Positions 1-10,483 of a stretch of 64,000 nt of DNA are shown piece after piece. Where the stretch lies: positions 46,914 through 110,913 of the forward strand of contig JBBRLJ010000016.1 in assembly GCA_038231435.1 (NCBI GenBank), in the 5' to 3' direction. A model generated the notes under the pieces. It worked only from the letters and a program-made list of their open reading frames with translations, was not told where the DNA came from and ran no database searches. The first letter of the stretch is position 1; each line of letters opens with the position of its first letter. Position numbers and translations under genes: made by a program. The DNA comes from Planctomycetota bacterium (GTDB taxonomy: Bacteria > Planctomycetota > UBA11346).

Positions 1-2
1 AG

Positions 3-1019
3 CGCCTCCAGGGCCCGGTCATCCAGCGCCTGAAGATCATGGCCGACATGATGATCGAGGAGAAGCGCAAGCCGCAGGACGGGCGCATCAAGGTCAAGCT
101 GCCGAACAAGAAGATCGATCTGCGCGTCTCGTGCCTGCCGTCGATCCACGGCGAAGCCATGGTCATGCGTATCCTCGACAGCGAGACGCTGAAGCTGTCG
201 CTCGACGACATGGGCTTCGATCCGTCCGACCTCAAGGCCTACAACGGCCTGATCAAGCGCCCGAACGGCATCATCCTGGTCACCGGTCCGACCGGCTCGG
301 GCAAGACCACCACGCTCTACGCGACTTTGCACGCGCTCAACACCATCGACCGCAAGATCATCACCGCCGAGGAGCCGGTCGAATACCTGCTCAGCGGCAT
401 CAACCAGTGCGAGGTGCGGCACAAGATCGGCCTCACCTTCCCGCGCATCCTGCGCTCGATGCTGCGCCAGGCCCCCAACGTCATCCTGGTCGGTGAGATC
501 CGCGACGCCGAGACCGCGCAGATCGCGATCCAGGCGTCGCTCACCGGCCACTTGGTGTTCTCGACCCTGCACACCAACGATGCGCCCAGTGCCATCACCC
601 GACTCATCGACATGGGCGTGGCGCCGTTCCTGGTCGCCACCTCCATCCAGGCGGTCATCGCCCAGCGCCTGCTGCGCACCAACTGTCCCAAATGCCAGGA
701 GCCGTACGATCCGGATCCCGCGGCGCTCGCCGCCATCGGCCTCAAGCCCGAGCAGTACGCCGGGCGCAAATTCATCCACGGCAAGGGCTGCGACCACTGC
801 AAGGGCTCGGGCTACCGCGGACGCAAGGGCCTGTTCGAGATGATGGTGATGAACAAGCAGCTGCGCGACCTGGCCTTCAACAAGACCGCGACCGCGGACA
901 TCCGCCGCGCGGCGGTGGCCAACGGCATGAACACGCTGTCGATGGACGGCGCGCGCAAGGTGCTGCAGGGCGTGACCACGGCCGAAGAGGTCATGCGCCA
1001 AGCCAAGATCGACGACTAG
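3..1019 (+). CDS. GspE/PilB family type II secretion / type IV pilus assembly ATPase (5'-truncated at window edge)
   Basis: Walker A GPTGSGKTTT, Asp-box-like TAEEPVE, LRQAPNVILVGEIRD Walker B, His box TGHLVFSTLHTND, tetracysteine CPKC...CDHC; frame is open back to position 3. Confidence 0.95.
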   Translation, partial: RLQGPVIQRLKIMADMMIEEKRKPQDGRIKVKLPNKKIDLRVSCLPSIHGEAMVMRILDSETLKLSLDDMGFDPSDLKAYNGLIKRPNGIILVTGPTGSGKTTTLYATLHALNTIDRKIITAEEPVEYLLSGINQCEVRHKIGLTFPRILRSMLRQAPNVILVGEIRDAETAQIAIQASLTGHLVFSTLHTNDAPSAITRLIDMGVAPFLVATSIQAVIAQRLLRTNCPKCQEPYDPDPAALAAIGLKPEQYAGRKFIHGKGCDHCKGSGYRGRKGLFEMMVMNKQLRDLAFNKTATADIRRAAVANGMNTLSMDGARKVLQGVTTAEEVMRQAKIDD

Positions 1020-1023
1020 CTGC

Positions 1024-1119
1024 GGTCGTTCTCGCGGGCGATGCCGGCGTTGGCTCACCCTAGCCGTAGATGACTACGGCGTCGGGATCGCCGCCTTGGC
1101 CTCGCCCGCGATAACGATC
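1024..1119. repeat. ERIC-like palindromic intergenic element, family D copy 1
   Basis: Long imperfect inverted repeat with core CGATGCCGGCGTTGGCTCACC...GTAGAT..ACTAC...TCGCCGCCTTGGCCTCG, shared with 30591-30699. Confidence 0.75.
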
Positions 1120-1140
1120 CTCGCTTGCTGCTTACTGAGG

Positions 1141-1266
1141 GAGAGTCGGCTTTGGGGACTCGCCTTCGGAGACTCGGCTTCGGGGACTTGCCTTCGGAGA
1201 CTCGGCATCGGGGACTCGCCTTCGGAGAGTCGGTTTCGGGGACTTGCCTTCGGGGACTCGGCTCGG
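1141..1266. repeat. 14-bp tandem repeat, about 9 units, alternating GAGACTCGGCTTCG / GGGACTYGCCTTCG
   Basis: Units read directly from the sequence; 28-bp higher-order periodicity. Confidence 0.9.
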
Positions 1267-1312
1267 GGGCGGGGGAGGCTGGCGCGTCGGGCCTGGGCGC
1301 CAGGATGGTGGC

Positions 1313-2131
1313 GTGGATGCTGAGATCGATCTGACGCAGGAGATGACGGTCGCGGTGCGGGCGGCGCGCGAGGCGGGGGCGGTGGCGCTGGGGATGCAGG
1401 GCGGGACGGTGGAGCGGACCAAGGGCGATGGGTCGCCGGTGTCGGATGCGGATCTGGCGGCGGACGCGGTGATCAGGCACCAGCTGGCGACGTTCTTTCC
1501 GGACGACGGGATCCTCAGCGAGGAGATCACGGACGATCGCGCGCGGCTGGCGAAACGCCGGGTGTGGATCATCGATCCGATCGACGGCACGCGCGACTAC
1601 CTCAATGGCATGCCTGGGTGGGCGGTGCAGGTGGCGCTGGCGATTGATGGCGTACTGGTGCTCGGGGTGCTCGATATCCCGTGCGAGGGCATCTGCCTGT
1701 CCGGCATGCCGGGGATCGGCGGTACGGTACTCGGGCCGCATGGAGCTCGCGAGCTCGCGGCGGTCGCCGGAACGGCGGACGTGCTGATCACCAGCGGCAG
1801 CAAGCGCAACCAGGAGGCGGTCGCCTCGGTACGCGCGGCGCTGCCCGAATTCGCGGCAATGCGCGCGACCTCGGTGGGCGTGAAGGTGTGGCGCATGCTC
1901 TCCGGCCAAGCCGATCTCTACGTGCACCCGCGAGCGATCGCGGAATGGGATGTGGCGGCCCCGGCAGCGGTGCTGCTCGCGGGCGGCGGCGCGGCCACCG
2001 ATCTCGCGGGCCGGCCGTTCCGCTTCAACGGCGAATCGGCGCGCTGTCCGGGATTGGTGTTCTCGACGCGCGCGGATCACGCGGCGGTGATCGAGCGCAT
2101 GCGGCTCGCCGGCGTGGGACTCGCGCCATGA
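1313..2131 (+). CDS. cysQ: 3'(2'),5'-bisphosphate nucleotidase CysQ / inositol monophosphatase family
   Basis: KGDGSPVSDAD, ILSEE, WIIDPIDGT and EWDVAA motifs; GTG start at 1313 chosen because the upstream ORF extension runs through the tandem repeat. Confidence 0.8.
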   Translation: MDAEIDLTQEMTVAVRAAREAGAVALGMQGGTVERTKGDGSPVSDADLAADAVIRHQLATFFPDDGILSEEITDDRARLAKRRVWIIDPIDGTRDYLNGMPGWAVQVALAIDGVLVLGVLDIPCEGICLSGMPGIGGTVLGPHGARELAAVAGTADVLITSGSKRNQEAVASVRAALPEFAAMRATSVGVKVWRMLSGQADLYVHPRAIAEWDVAAPAAVLLAGGGAATDLAGRPFRFNGESARCPGLVFSTRADHAAVIERMRLAGVGLAP

Positions 2132-2766
2132 CGCTCGGCTTCGCGCGCGCATGCGCGCGTTCCCTGACCAAAGACACGACGCTCTCATCGCGCGGAGCGG
2201 TGCTGCGCGCAGCGGCGCACCTGGCGCTGGTGGTGGCACTGGCGGTGACGTTGCTGGCAACGTCGTCGTGCGGCGACCGCCGCAACCTCACCGTGGACGA
2301 GGCCGAGATCGTCGCCTGGTATGTCGAGGATGTCTCCCATGGCATCCCGCGCCGTCCCGAGGAGCTGCGCCTGGTCGAGGGCAGCCAGCGTATCGGCCGC
2401 ATCGCCGAGTGGATGATGGGCAACGACATCCGCGGCGTGCGCGAGCCACCAGCGCTCCTGCAGGCGCGGCGCAACCGCCTGCGGCTGTTGGGCGACATGA
2501 TGAAGCAGGGCCTGATCGTGTCGGCGCCGGACTCGGGGTTGCTGGCGCCGCGTCCAGGCATGGAACTGGTCGAGCGCGAGGTGGTCGAGCCGGTGGTGGA
2601 CAGCGAGAACCGCGACCGGCGCGCGCTCGACGGCATCATCCTGTCGATGGCCGACGCCCCCGGCGGCATCTCCGAGCGCTACCTGGCGGTGGTGCGACGG
2701 GCACGGTTGGAACTCGACGCGCTCTCTGGCGCCTCGATTTGGAAGCCAAGTCCCAGTAGGAAGTAG
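2128..2766 (+). CDS. Putative lipoprotein with YdbL/DUF1318-like C-terminal region
   Basis: ATGA overlap with cysQ; hydrophobic helix ending TSSC; MKQGLI...GLL...VVDSENRDRRAL resembles YdbL. Confidence 0.55.
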   Translation: MTLGFARACARSLTKDTTLSSRGAVLRAAAHLALVVALAVTLLATSSCGDRRNLTVDEAEIVAWYVEDVSHGIPRRPEELRLVEGSQRIGRIAEWMMGNDIRGVREPPALLQARRNRLRLLGDMMKQGLIVSAPDSGLLAPRPGMELVEREVVEPVVDSENRDRRALDGIILSMADAPGGISERYLAVVRRARLELDALSGASIWKPSPSRK

Positions 2767-2896
2767 GGGGCGGGCGGGTCGCGCGCAGGTGCGAGGGATA
2801 GGGCCGGTTGCGCGGCCGCCGCTCAAGGCGTACGCTGCCGATCCGCCACGGCACCCGGCCGCGGACTCCCAGTCACGGACCCACCAGCGACGAGCC

Positions 2897-3787
2897 ATGC
2901 CAGCAACCACCACGCCGATCCTCCAGGCCTCGCTCGTCGAACTCATCCGCGTGACCTCCACGGTGCTGCCGAAGGACGTGGTGCGCGCGCTCGAGGCCTC
3001 GCGCTCGTCCGAGTCACCGGGCACCAATGCCGCGTACGCGCTCGATGTCATCTCGTGCAACATCGGCCTGGCGAAGGACAAGAGCCAGCCGCTATGCCAG
3101 GACACCGGCTCGGTGCTGGTCTACGTCAACGCCCCGATCGGCTACGATCAGGTCGCCTTCGAGCACGTCTTCATCGATGCGGTCAAGGAGGCCACCGCCA
3201 AGGGCTACCTGCGCCAGAACTCGGTCGATTCGGTGACCGGGAAGAATTCCGGGGACAATGTCGGTCCGGGCACGCCGGACTTCCACATGCACCAGTGGCG
3301 ACGCGACTACGTCGAGGTCAGGTTGATGCTCAAGGGTGGCGGCTGCGAGAACGTCGGCGCGCAGTACGCGCTTCCCGATCCGCGCTGCGGCGGCCGCGAT
3401 CTCGTCGGCGTTGAGAACGCGATCCTCGATTGCGTGCTCCAGGCGCAGGGACAGGGCTGCGGCCCCGGCATCCTTGGCGTCTCCATCGGCGGCGATCGCG
3501 CGAGCGGCTACGCGCACAGCAAGACCCAGCTGCTGCGCATGCTCGACGATTCCAATCCAGACCAGGTGCTTGGCGAACTCGAGGAGCGCATCGTCGCGAA
3601 GGCCAACCAGTCGGGCATTGGCCCGATGGGTTTCGGCGGCGCGACCACGCTGGTCGGCTGCAAGATCGGCAAGCTCAACCGCGTGCCGGCGAGCTTCTAC
3701 GTCACCATCAGCTACATGTGCTGGGCGTTCCGCCGGCAGGGCATCGATCTCTCCGCGGGCGGAGAGATCGGTCGCTGGTTGTATTGA
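2897..3787 (+). CDS. Fe-S hydro-lyase, fumarate hydratase/tartrate dehydratase alpha subunit
   Basis: PLCQDTG, LRQNSVD, KGGGCEN, GCGPG, GIGPMGFGG and CWAFRR motifs. Confidence 0.92.
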   Translation: MPATTTPILQASLVELIRVTSTVLPKDVVRALEASRSSESPGTNAAYALDVISCNIGLAKDKSQPLCQDTGSVLVYVNAPIGYDQVAFEHVFIDAVKEATAKGYLRQNSVDSVTGKNSGDNVGPGTPDFHMHQWRRDYVEVRLMLKGGGCENVGAQYALPDPRCGGRDLVGVENAILDCVLQAQGQGCGPGILGVSIGGDRASGYAHSKTQLLRMLDDSNPDQVLGELEERIVAKANQSGIGPMGFGGATTLVGCKIGKLNRVPASFYVTISYMCWAFRRQGIDLSAGGEIGRWLY

Positions 3788-3818
3788 TCTCGCGCCCTGG
3801 CCGCTCCGGAGTCTGACG

Positions 3819-4391
3819 ATGAGCATCGTGACGTTGACCACCCCCATCACCGACGAGCAGGCGCGATCGCTGAAGGTCGGCGACACCGTCGAGCTCAGCG
3901 GCCGGCTGTACACCGGCCGCGACGCCGTGCACCATCGCCTGCACACGGGCGTGAAGCCTCCGGTCGACCTCGCCGGGCACATCATCTACCACTGCGGTCC
4001 AGTGATGGTCCAGGAAGGCGGGAAGTGGGTGTGCAAGGGCGCCGGCCCGACCACCTCCTCGCGCGAGGAGCCGTACCAGTGGGAGGTCATCCGCGATCAC
4101 CGCATCCGCGGCGTCATCGGCAAGGGCGGCATGGGCGCGAAGACGCTCGCGGCGTGCAAGGAGCACGGTTGCGTCTACCTGCACGCCATCGGCGGCGCCG
4201 CGCAGGTGTGCGCCGAACGCATCGTGCGCGTCGACGGCGTTGACTGGATGGACCTCGGCAGCCCCGAGGCGATCTGGCACCTGTGGGTCGAGCGCTTCCC
4301 GGTGATCGTCACCATGGACAGCCACGGCAATTCCCTGCACAAGCAGGTGTTCGAGGCTTCGTCAGAGGCGCTGGGCAAGCTCAAGGCATGA
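3819..4391 (+). CDS. Fe-S hydro-lyase, fumarate hydratase/tartrate dehydratase beta subunit
   Basis: LKVGD-V-LSG-LYTGRDAVH, YHCGP, GPTTSSR, IGKGGM and MDSHGNSLH motifs. Confidence 0.92.
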   Translation: MSIVTLTTPITDEQARSLKVGDTVELSGRLYTGRDAVHHRLHTGVKPPVDLAGHIIYHCGPVMVQEGGKWVCKGAGPTTSSREEPYQWEVIRDHRIRGVIGKGGMGAKTLAACKEHGCVYLHAIGGAAQVCAERIVRVDGVDWMDLGSPEAIWHLWVERFPVIVTMDSHGNSLHKQVFEASSEALGKLKA

Positions 4392-5191
4392 CCACGCGCG
4401 ACCGCGGGCTGTTGCGGGCCTGCGTGCTCGCCATCTCCGTCGCCGGATGCTTCTCCGCCATGGGCTGCATCCGATCGCGCGAGGCCGCGCCGGGCGAAAA
4501 GCGCGCCGCCTTCGCGCCCCATGCCGAGCGCATGGTCGGCGACGTCGCCTTGCGCGACCACGTGCTCGCGCGCACCGCGTTGCTGGTGGTCGGGGCCGAA
4601 CCGCTGGCGGTCGGCATCGATGCCGATGGCTGCTCGCTCGACGTCGCCCCGGGAGTGGCGAGCGTCTCGCTCGCCAGCGCGGCGCTGATCGCCACGGACG
4701 GCTACCTGCTGACCGCCGCCCACGCCGTGATGCGCGAACCGGTGTATGCCTGCCTGCGCGCGTCCGACGGCTCCACCCGTGTGTTCCGTTGCCGTGTAGT
4801 CTGGCGTGGCGATGCGGACACCGCCTGCCGCGATCTGGCGGTGCTGCGCATGTCCGGCGATCTGGCGGTGCCGGTGTTCACGTGGTCCGCTCGGATCCCC
4901 GCGTCAGGTTCGATCGTCATCGGCCGCGGCATCGGCTTCACTGCCGGCGCGTGCCTGGGTACGGAATCATTCGCCGCCGACGCGCACGCCCCCGCCAGCG
5001 TGGTGGTCGCGAGCGACGAGCCGACCCAGGACGGCGACAGCGGCGGACCGCTGGTGGACATCGACGGACGGTTGATCGCCGTGCAGTCGCGGATGCAGGG
5101 GACGTGGTCGGGTCACCGTAGCGCGGCGGTGCGGCCAGATCTGGGTTGGCTGGAGGCGCTCCTCGCCGCAGACCGCGAACGGACGCGTTGA
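4388..5191 (+). CDS. Trypsin-like (S1) serine protease, probably a lipoprotein
   Basis: Catalytic triad motifs LTAAH, DLAVL and GDSGGP; N-terminal hydrophobic segment ending AMGC; ATGA overlap with the upstream gene. Confidence 0.8.
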   Translation: MTTRDRGLLRACVLAISVAGCFSAMGCIRSREAAPGEKRAAFAPHAERMVGDVALRDHVLARTALLVVGAEPLAVGIDADGCSLDVAPGVASVSLASAALIATDGYLLTAAHAVMREPVYACLRASDGSTRVFRCRVVWRGDADTACRDLAVLRMSGDLAVPVFTWSARIPASGSIVIGRGIGFTAGACLGTESFAADAHAPASVVVASDEPTQDGDSGGPLVDIDGRLIAVQSRMQGTWSGHRSAAVRPDLGWLEALLAADRERTR

Positions 5192-5216
5192 GGAAGGCCC
5201 GGAGCTCGCGCTCGCG

Positions 5217-6791
5217 CTAGATCTTGGCTTCGCTCTTCGCCAGGGTTTCGCGGATGGTCTTGGTCAGGACCTGCGAGGTGAACGGCTTGGGCAGGAAAGC
5301 GGACACCGTGCCTTTCTCGCGCTCCTGCTCCATCTGCTCGTCGACGTGCCCGGAGATCAGCACCACCTTCATGCCCGGCACCGTCGCACGGATCTTGGCC
5401 GCGAGCTCGAAGCCGTTGATGCCCGGCATCTTCAGGTCGGTGATCACCAGATCGATGGCGCTACCCTTCTGGGCCAGGATGGACATCGCCTGCTCGCCCG
5501 AGGACGCGGTCAGCACGCGGTAGCCGTTCTCGCCGAGGACTTCTGCCAGGATGGCGCTGACATGCACTTCGTCGTCGACCAGCAGGATGCACTCGGTTCC
5601 GCGCTGCGCCTCGGCCGCGTTGGGCTTCTCGGTCGTGTCGGCGCTATGCTCCTGGCGCGGCAGGAAGATGGTGAAGGTGGTGCCCGCGCCGCGCACGCTG
5701 TCGACGTGGATGTGGCCTTTGTTCTGCTGCACGATCCCGTAGACCGTCGACAGGCCCAGTCCGGTGCTCTTCTCGCCTTCCTTGGTGGTGAAGAACGGCT
5801 CGAAGATGCGCGGCACCACCTCGGGCTCGATGCCCAGGCCGTTGTCCTGGATCGACAGCGTGGTGTAGATGCCGGGCGGGATCGAATCGGGCTGGCCGTC
5901 CTTGGCCTCTTCGAGGATCTCGGTGCGCGTGCGCACGGCGATCTGGCCGCCGTTGGGCATCGCGTCGCGCGCATTGAGCACCAGGTTCATCACCACCTGC
6001 TCCATCTGTGCTGGATCGGTGAGCACGCTGCCGAGCTGCGGGCCGAGGTCGAAATCGAAGGTGATGTCCTTGCTGATCACGCCGCGCAGGAGCGGCTCGA
6101 GATCGCGCACGATGTGGTTGACCTCGATCAGCTGCGGGCGCATCTGCTGGCGGCATGCGAAGGCGAGCAGCTCGCGCGTCAGCATGGACGCACGCTGCGC
6201 CGCCCACTGGATGGCCTCGGCGTGGCGCAGGGCCTTGGGATCGGCCACCACGCGCGGGCGCAGCAGCTCGCAGTTGCCGATGATGGCGGTGAGGATGTTG
6301 TTGAAGTTGTGGGCGATGCCGCCGCTGAGCCGCCCGATCGCCTCCATCTTCTCGAGGCGGCTGATGCGCTCCTCGCGCGCGCGGTTGGTCTCTTCCCACT
6401 GCTTGCGCTCGATCGCGTAGCGGATGGTGCGCGCGAGCTGATCTCCGTCGAGGCTGTCCTTGGGGATGTAATCCTGCGCGCCCTTCTGCACCGCCAGGCA
6501 GGCGAGGGTCGCGTCGTTGAATCCGGACAGGATCACGATTGGGACATCGGCGGCCTTGTTGTGGACGTTGATGAAGGTGCCGAGCCCCGTGGAATCCGGC
6601 AGCGACAGGTCGAGCAGGATGACGTCGCATTTGCGCTGATCGCCGTCGAGGTACGCCACCGCCTCCTTCAGGCGTCCGCAATGGGTGATGTTGTAATCGG
6701 TGTTCAGGCCCTCGGCGAGGTACTCCTGCAACAGGCGGGCGTCGCCCGGGTTGTCCTCGACCATCAGGATGTTCACCGAATGCGCTGCCAT
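5217..6791 (-). CDS. Cytoplasmic hybrid histidine kinase (REC-HisKA-HATPase-REC)
   Basis: N-terminal receiver (VEDN...LLDLSLPD), H-box [10 protein letters not shown]-box [30 protein letters not shown]-terminal receiver (LLVDDE...TDLKMP). Confidence 0.93.
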   Translation of the reverse strand: MAAHSVNILMVEDNPGDARLLQEYLAEGLNTDYNITHCGRLKEAVAYLDGDQRKCDVILLDLSLPDSTGLGTFINVHNKAADVPIVILSGFNDATLACLAVQKGAQDYIPKDSLDGDQLARTIRYAIERKQWEETNRAREERISRLEKMEAIGRLSGGIAHNFNNILTAIIGNCELLRPRVVADPKALRHAEAIQWAAQRASMLTRELLAFACRQQMRPQLIEVNHIVRDLEPLLRGVISKDITFDFDLGPQLGSVLTDPAQMEQVVMNLVLNARDAMPNGGQIAVRTRTEILEEAKDGQPDSIPPGIYTTLSIQDNGLGIEPEVVPRIFEPFFTTKEGEKSTGLGLSTVYGIVQQNKGHIHVDSVRGAGTTFTIFLPRQEHSADTTEKPNAAEAQRGTECILLVDDEVHVSAILAEVLGENGYRVLTASSGEQAMSILAQKGSAIDLVITDLKMPGINGFELAAKIRATVPGMKVVLISGHVDEQMEQEREKGTVSAFLPKPFTSQVLTKTIRETLAKSEAKI

Positions 6792-7046
6792 GTTGAGGTC
6801 CTCGAGGAAAGGCCGATGGATGGTCACTGGGCCACGGGGGTGATCCGTGAACCTCACCGGCACTATCTCCGGACCTGGCCCAGACCAATCCTGCTTCCGG
6901 GATACTTTCCACGGAGGCCGCGCCCGCGGGGCCCCTCACGAACAGCGAGGGATGGAACAATTGAAGCGGTTAGTCGCAAAAAGCGGAAGCCAGGAGCTGC
7001 CAGCGAGAGCCGCTTCGGCCGCGGACCCTCCGCCTATCCTGCGCGC

Positions 7047-8045
7047 ATGAGCCAGGCCGACATCTGTCCAGGGGGCGGTCCAGGGGGTGATCGAGGAGGC
7101 GGTCGAGGATGCGGGCGTTTCGCGCCGTCGACGACCGGCCAGGCCCATCCCGGCACGCTCTTGGCGGCGCTGCTGTGCTGGCTGGACGCGCGCAGGCGTG
7201 GGGAGCGGGTGCTGCTGCGGCTCGAGGATCTCGATCCCGAGCGCTGCCGGCCTGAGCTGGCGGCGGCGCTGATCGACGACCTCGCCTGGCTCGGCCTCGA
7301 CTGGGATGGCGTGGCGCATCAGCACGAGCTCGCGGCGGATCACGAAGCCGCTCTCGATCGTCTGGCTGAACTCGGGGCCCTGTACCCTTGTCCCATGGGC
7401 CGGGCAGAGCTGCAGGCGCTCGGCCGCCGCGCCCCCGATGGCGGCTGGGCCTATGACAACCGCCACCGCGGACGCGCCTTGCCGCCGGGTGGCTGGCGGG
7501 CCTGCCCGGATCCAGTGCGCGCGATCCTGCCCGAGGGTGTGTTCGCGCCGGTGGACGAAGGGGGGTTGTCCTTGGCGCAGGATCCATCGCTCGCCTTCGG
7601 CGATCCGGTGGTGCGGCGGCGTGACGGCGCCGTGGCCTACCAGCTGGCGGTGGTGGTGGACGACGCCGCGGCGGGCGTGACGCGAGTGGTGCGCGGGCGC
7701 GACATCGCGCCGAGCAGCGCCCTGCAGGCGGCACTGCAGCGGCTGCTCGGCCTGCCCACGCCGAGGTATCGACACCATCTGCTGCTGCTCGAACGGCGCG
7801 GGCGCAAGCTGGCGAAGCTGCATGGCTCGGTCGGGGCGGCCGAGCTGCGTGGGAGCTACGATGCGCGTGCGCTGGTCGGATTCCTGGCGTGGTGCGCAGG
7901 GCTCGTTCCCCGGCCCGAGCCCTGCGCCGCCGCGGACTTGATCGGCGATTTCGCATGGGAGCGCGTGCGTGAGGCCGACCTGACGGTGGAGTGGGACGGC
8001 GCGCGCCTTGACGCGCCGGAGCTCGCCGGCGCGGGCCTCCAGTGA
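7047..8045 (+). CDS. gluQ: Glutamyl-Q tRNA(Asp) synthetase-like (GluRS catalytic domain only)
   Basis: RFAPS..G..H(P)[30 protein letters not shown] and KLAK motifs; no anticodon-binding domain; the longer ORF from 5346 is an antisense extension. Confidence 0.8.
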   Translation: MSQADICPGGGPGGDRGGGRGCGRFAPSTTGQAHPGTLLAALLCWLDARRRGERVLLRLEDLDPERCRPELAAALIDDLAWLGLDWDGVAHQHELAADHEAALDRLAELGALYPCPMGRAELQALGRRAPDGGWAYDNRHRGRALPPGGWRACPDPVRAILPEGVFAPVDEGGLSLAQDPSLAFGDPVVRRRDGAVAYQLAVVVDDAAAGVTRVVRGRDIAPSSALQAALQRLLGLPTPRYRHHLLLLERRGRKLAKLHGSVGAAELRGSYDARALVGFLAWCAGLVPRPEPCAAADLIGDFAWERVREADLTVEWDGARLDAPELAGAGLQ

Positions 8046-8944
8046 GTGCTGACACGACATTCGCCTGGTTGACCCCACCCGCGCCCGCTGCGATCGGCCT
8101 GGTGCGCTGCGGCGCGGCCGACGCCCACCTGCTCGACCGTCTGCTCGACCGCGCCCCCGCACCCTCGCGAGCGCGCTTCGCCCGCCTGCTCGCGCCGGAT
8201 GGTCGCATCGTCGACGAGGTCGTGGCGACGAGGCTCGCCGACGGGGGGCTCGAGCTGTCGTGCCATGGCGGCCCGGGGATGCGCGCCGCGGTCTCCGATT
8301 GCTTGCGCGGACATGGCTTCGTCGAAGTCGTGACGGATGGGCTGGACGGCGACGGCGCCTGGAGCGATCTTGCGCGCGCCGGCAGCCCTGGCGCGGTGCG
8401 CTGGCTGTTGCGACATCCCCACGCGCTCGCCGCAAGCGAAGCGCCGACACCGTTCGCGCGGGAGCTGCTGTTCCGCCAACCGGTGGTACTCATCACCGGG
8501 CCGACCAACGCCGGCAAGAGCACGCTGCTCAACGCCTGGTGCGGCCGTCAGCGCGCCTTGGTCAGCGACGTGCCTGGAACCACGCGCGATCTGATAGCGG
8601 CCGAGGCGCTCATCGCGGGCTGGCGCGTCCGCTTGCTGGATTCGGCCGGCCTGCGTCCGAGCGACGATGCGCTCGAGCGCGCCGGCCAGGAATTGGTCGA
8701 GCGCGCGCGCGCCTGGGCCGACGCGGTGATCCACCTCTGTCCTCCCGATCAGGATCCTTCCGAGGCACGGTCGGGCGACCTGGTGGTGCTGGGCAAGGCG
8801 GACCTGCGCGCCGCCATCGCTCCCGGCATGGCGGCGTGGTCGATCTCCGGAGTGCCGGGCGCGTCTCCGGCCGCGCTGCTCGCCACGCTGGAGCTACGCC
8901 TGCTCGCGCACCTCGGTCTCCCGCCAGGTCTGGTCGAGCCCTAG
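8042..8944 (+). CDS. Short MnmE/TrmE-like GTPase
   Basis: TrmE-N-like start ([18 protein letters not shown]), G1 GPTNAGKS, G2 PGTTRD, G3 DSAG; only 300 aa; GTGA overlap with gluQ. Confidence 0.75.
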   Translation: MSADTTFAWLTPPAPAAIGLVRCGAADAHLLDRLLDRAPAPSRARFARLLAPDGRIVDEVVATRLADGGLELSCHGGPGMRAAVSDCLRGHGFVEVVTDGLDGDGAWSDLARAGSPGAVRWLLRHPHALAASEAPTPFARELLFRQPVVLITGPTNAGKSTLLNAWCGRQRALVSDVPGTTRDLIAAEALIAGWRVRLLDSAGLRPSDDALERAGQELVERARAWADAVIHLCPPDQDPSEARSGDLVVLGKADLRAAIAPGMAAWSISGVPGASPAALLATLELRLLAHLGLPPGLVEP

Positions 8945-9064
8945 AGCGCGGTCGCGAGGGTCGGCGATGGACGCGCGCTGTGCGCCGAGGACCACGAGGA
9001 CTCCAGCATTGCCCGCATGGGGGGCCACATACACTACCCGCCCGAGGCTACGCCCCGGTCCATC

Positions 9065-10360
9065 ATGCTCGATCTCGCCGAATTCCGCGCAAATCCCGAT
9101 GTATTCCGCAAGGCCTGGGCCGATCGCGGCATGCAGGTGGACGTCGCCGCGTTGAGCGCGCTCGACGAGCGCGTACGCGCGCTCAAGCATCGCGCCGAGT
9201 CGATCAAGGCTGACGTCAACGCGGCGAGCAAGGCCATCGGCCAAGCGGCCAAGAGCGGTCAGGATGTCGCGGTCGCCAAGGAGAAGGCGCGCCAGCTCGG
9301 CGATCAGGCCAAGGCCGTCGATGACGAGCGCGCTGGAGCCGAGCACGAACTCGAGCAGCTGCTGATGACCTTCCCCAATCCGTGCCTGCCGAGCGTGCCC
9401 GTCGGCAAGGATGCCGCCGACAATCGCGTCGCCGCCACCTGGGGCGAGCCACCGGACTTCGCCTTCGCCGCGAAGCCGCACTGGGAGCTCGGGCCCGCGC
9501 TCGACATCATGGACTTCGACCGCGCGGCAAGGCTGTCCGGCTCGGGCTTCGTGGTCCTCAAGGGTCTCGGCGCGCGCTTGAGCCGCGCGCTGGTGTCGTA
9601 CTTCCTCGACGTGCATACCCGTGAGCACGGCTACACCGAGCTGGCGGTGCCCTACCTGGTGCAGCCGCAGATGATGCTCGGCACCGGGCAGCTGCCGAAA
9701 TTCGCCGACCAGTCGTACGCCTGTCGCGACGACGACCTGTGGCTGATCCCAACCGCCGAGGTGCCGGTCACCAACTATCATGGCGGCGAGATCCTCGACG
9801 CCGATCGTCTGCCGCTGAAGTACACCGCCCACACCCCATGCTTCCGCCGCGAGGCCGGGGCCGCTGGCGTGGGCACGCGCGGCATGACCCGCGTGCACCA
9901 GTTCGACAAGGTCGAGGTGGTGTGGCTCACCGCGCCGGAGCGCAGCGATGCCGACCTGCTCGAGCTGCGGGGGCACGCCGAGCGCCTGCTGCGCGATCTC
10001 GGACTGCACTACCGGGTGCTCGAGCTGTGCACCGGCGACACCGGCTTCGGTTCGGCGCATACCTTCGATCTCGAGGTCTGGAGCGCCGGCACGAAGAGCT
10101 GGCTCGAGGTCTCGAGCTGCTCGACCTTCACCGATTTCCAGGCCCGCCGGGCCAATCTGCGTTTCCGGGAAAAAGGCGGCAAGCCGCGCTTCCTGCACAC
10201 CCTCAACGGCTCGGGCCTGGCCCTGCCGCGCTGCATGATCGCGCTGCTCGAGGCCTACCAGCAGGCCGACGGCAGCGTGCTGGTGCCGAAGGTGCTCCAA
10301 TCCTATCTCGGAACCGATCGCATCGCCCGCCCCGCCGCCACCCAGCAGGCGAGCGGGTGA
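9065..10360 (+). CDS. serS: Serine--tRNA ligase
   Basis: MLDL start, coiled-coil arm, GTGQLPKF, LIPTAEVP, CFRREAG, RVHQFDKVE, EVSSCS and HTLNGSGLA motifs. Confidence 0.98.
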   Translation: MLDLAEFRANPDVFRKAWADRGMQVDVAALSALDERVRALKHRAESIKADVNAASKAIGQAAKSGQDVAVAKEKARQLGDQAKAVDDERAGAEHELEQLLMTFPNPCLPSVPVGKDAADNRVAATWGEPPDFAFAAKPHWELGPALDIMDFDRAARLSGSGFVVLKGLGARLSRALVSYFLDVHTREHGYTELAVPYLVQPQMMLGTGQLPKFADQSYACRDDDLWLIPTAEVPVTNYHGGEILDADRLPLKYTAHTPCFRREAGAAGVGTRGMTRVHQFDKVEVVWLTAPERSDADLLELRGHAERLLRDLGLHYRVLELCTGDTGFGSAHTFDLEVWSAGTKSWLEVSSCSTFTDFQARRANLRFREKGGKPRFLHTLNGSGLALPRCMIALLEAYQQADGSVLVPKVLQSYLGTDRIARPAATQQASG

Positions 10361-10483
10361 TCCCATGACGACAGCCCATGGTTCATGGTTCCTCGTCCAT
10401 GGCCTGCTGTCCGTCGTATCGTTGTCGTGCCGTGACGTGCCGTCGCGAGGGCTGGCATCGTCGGCGAAAACGGTCGCAGCCCC

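Noticed and set aside
6300..6320. Histidine kinase H-box AHNFNN instead of AHDFNN as a sign of inactivity
   Set aside because: The phosphoacceptor His and ATP-binding boxes are intact; a single substitution is too weak to call a pseudokinase.
5346..8045. Apparent 899-aa GluQ fusion (likewise 918-aa Pyk from 56638 and 672-aa PhyH from 36938)
   Set aside because: The N-terminal extensions are antisense to neighbouring genes; true starts are near 7047, 57895 and 35765.
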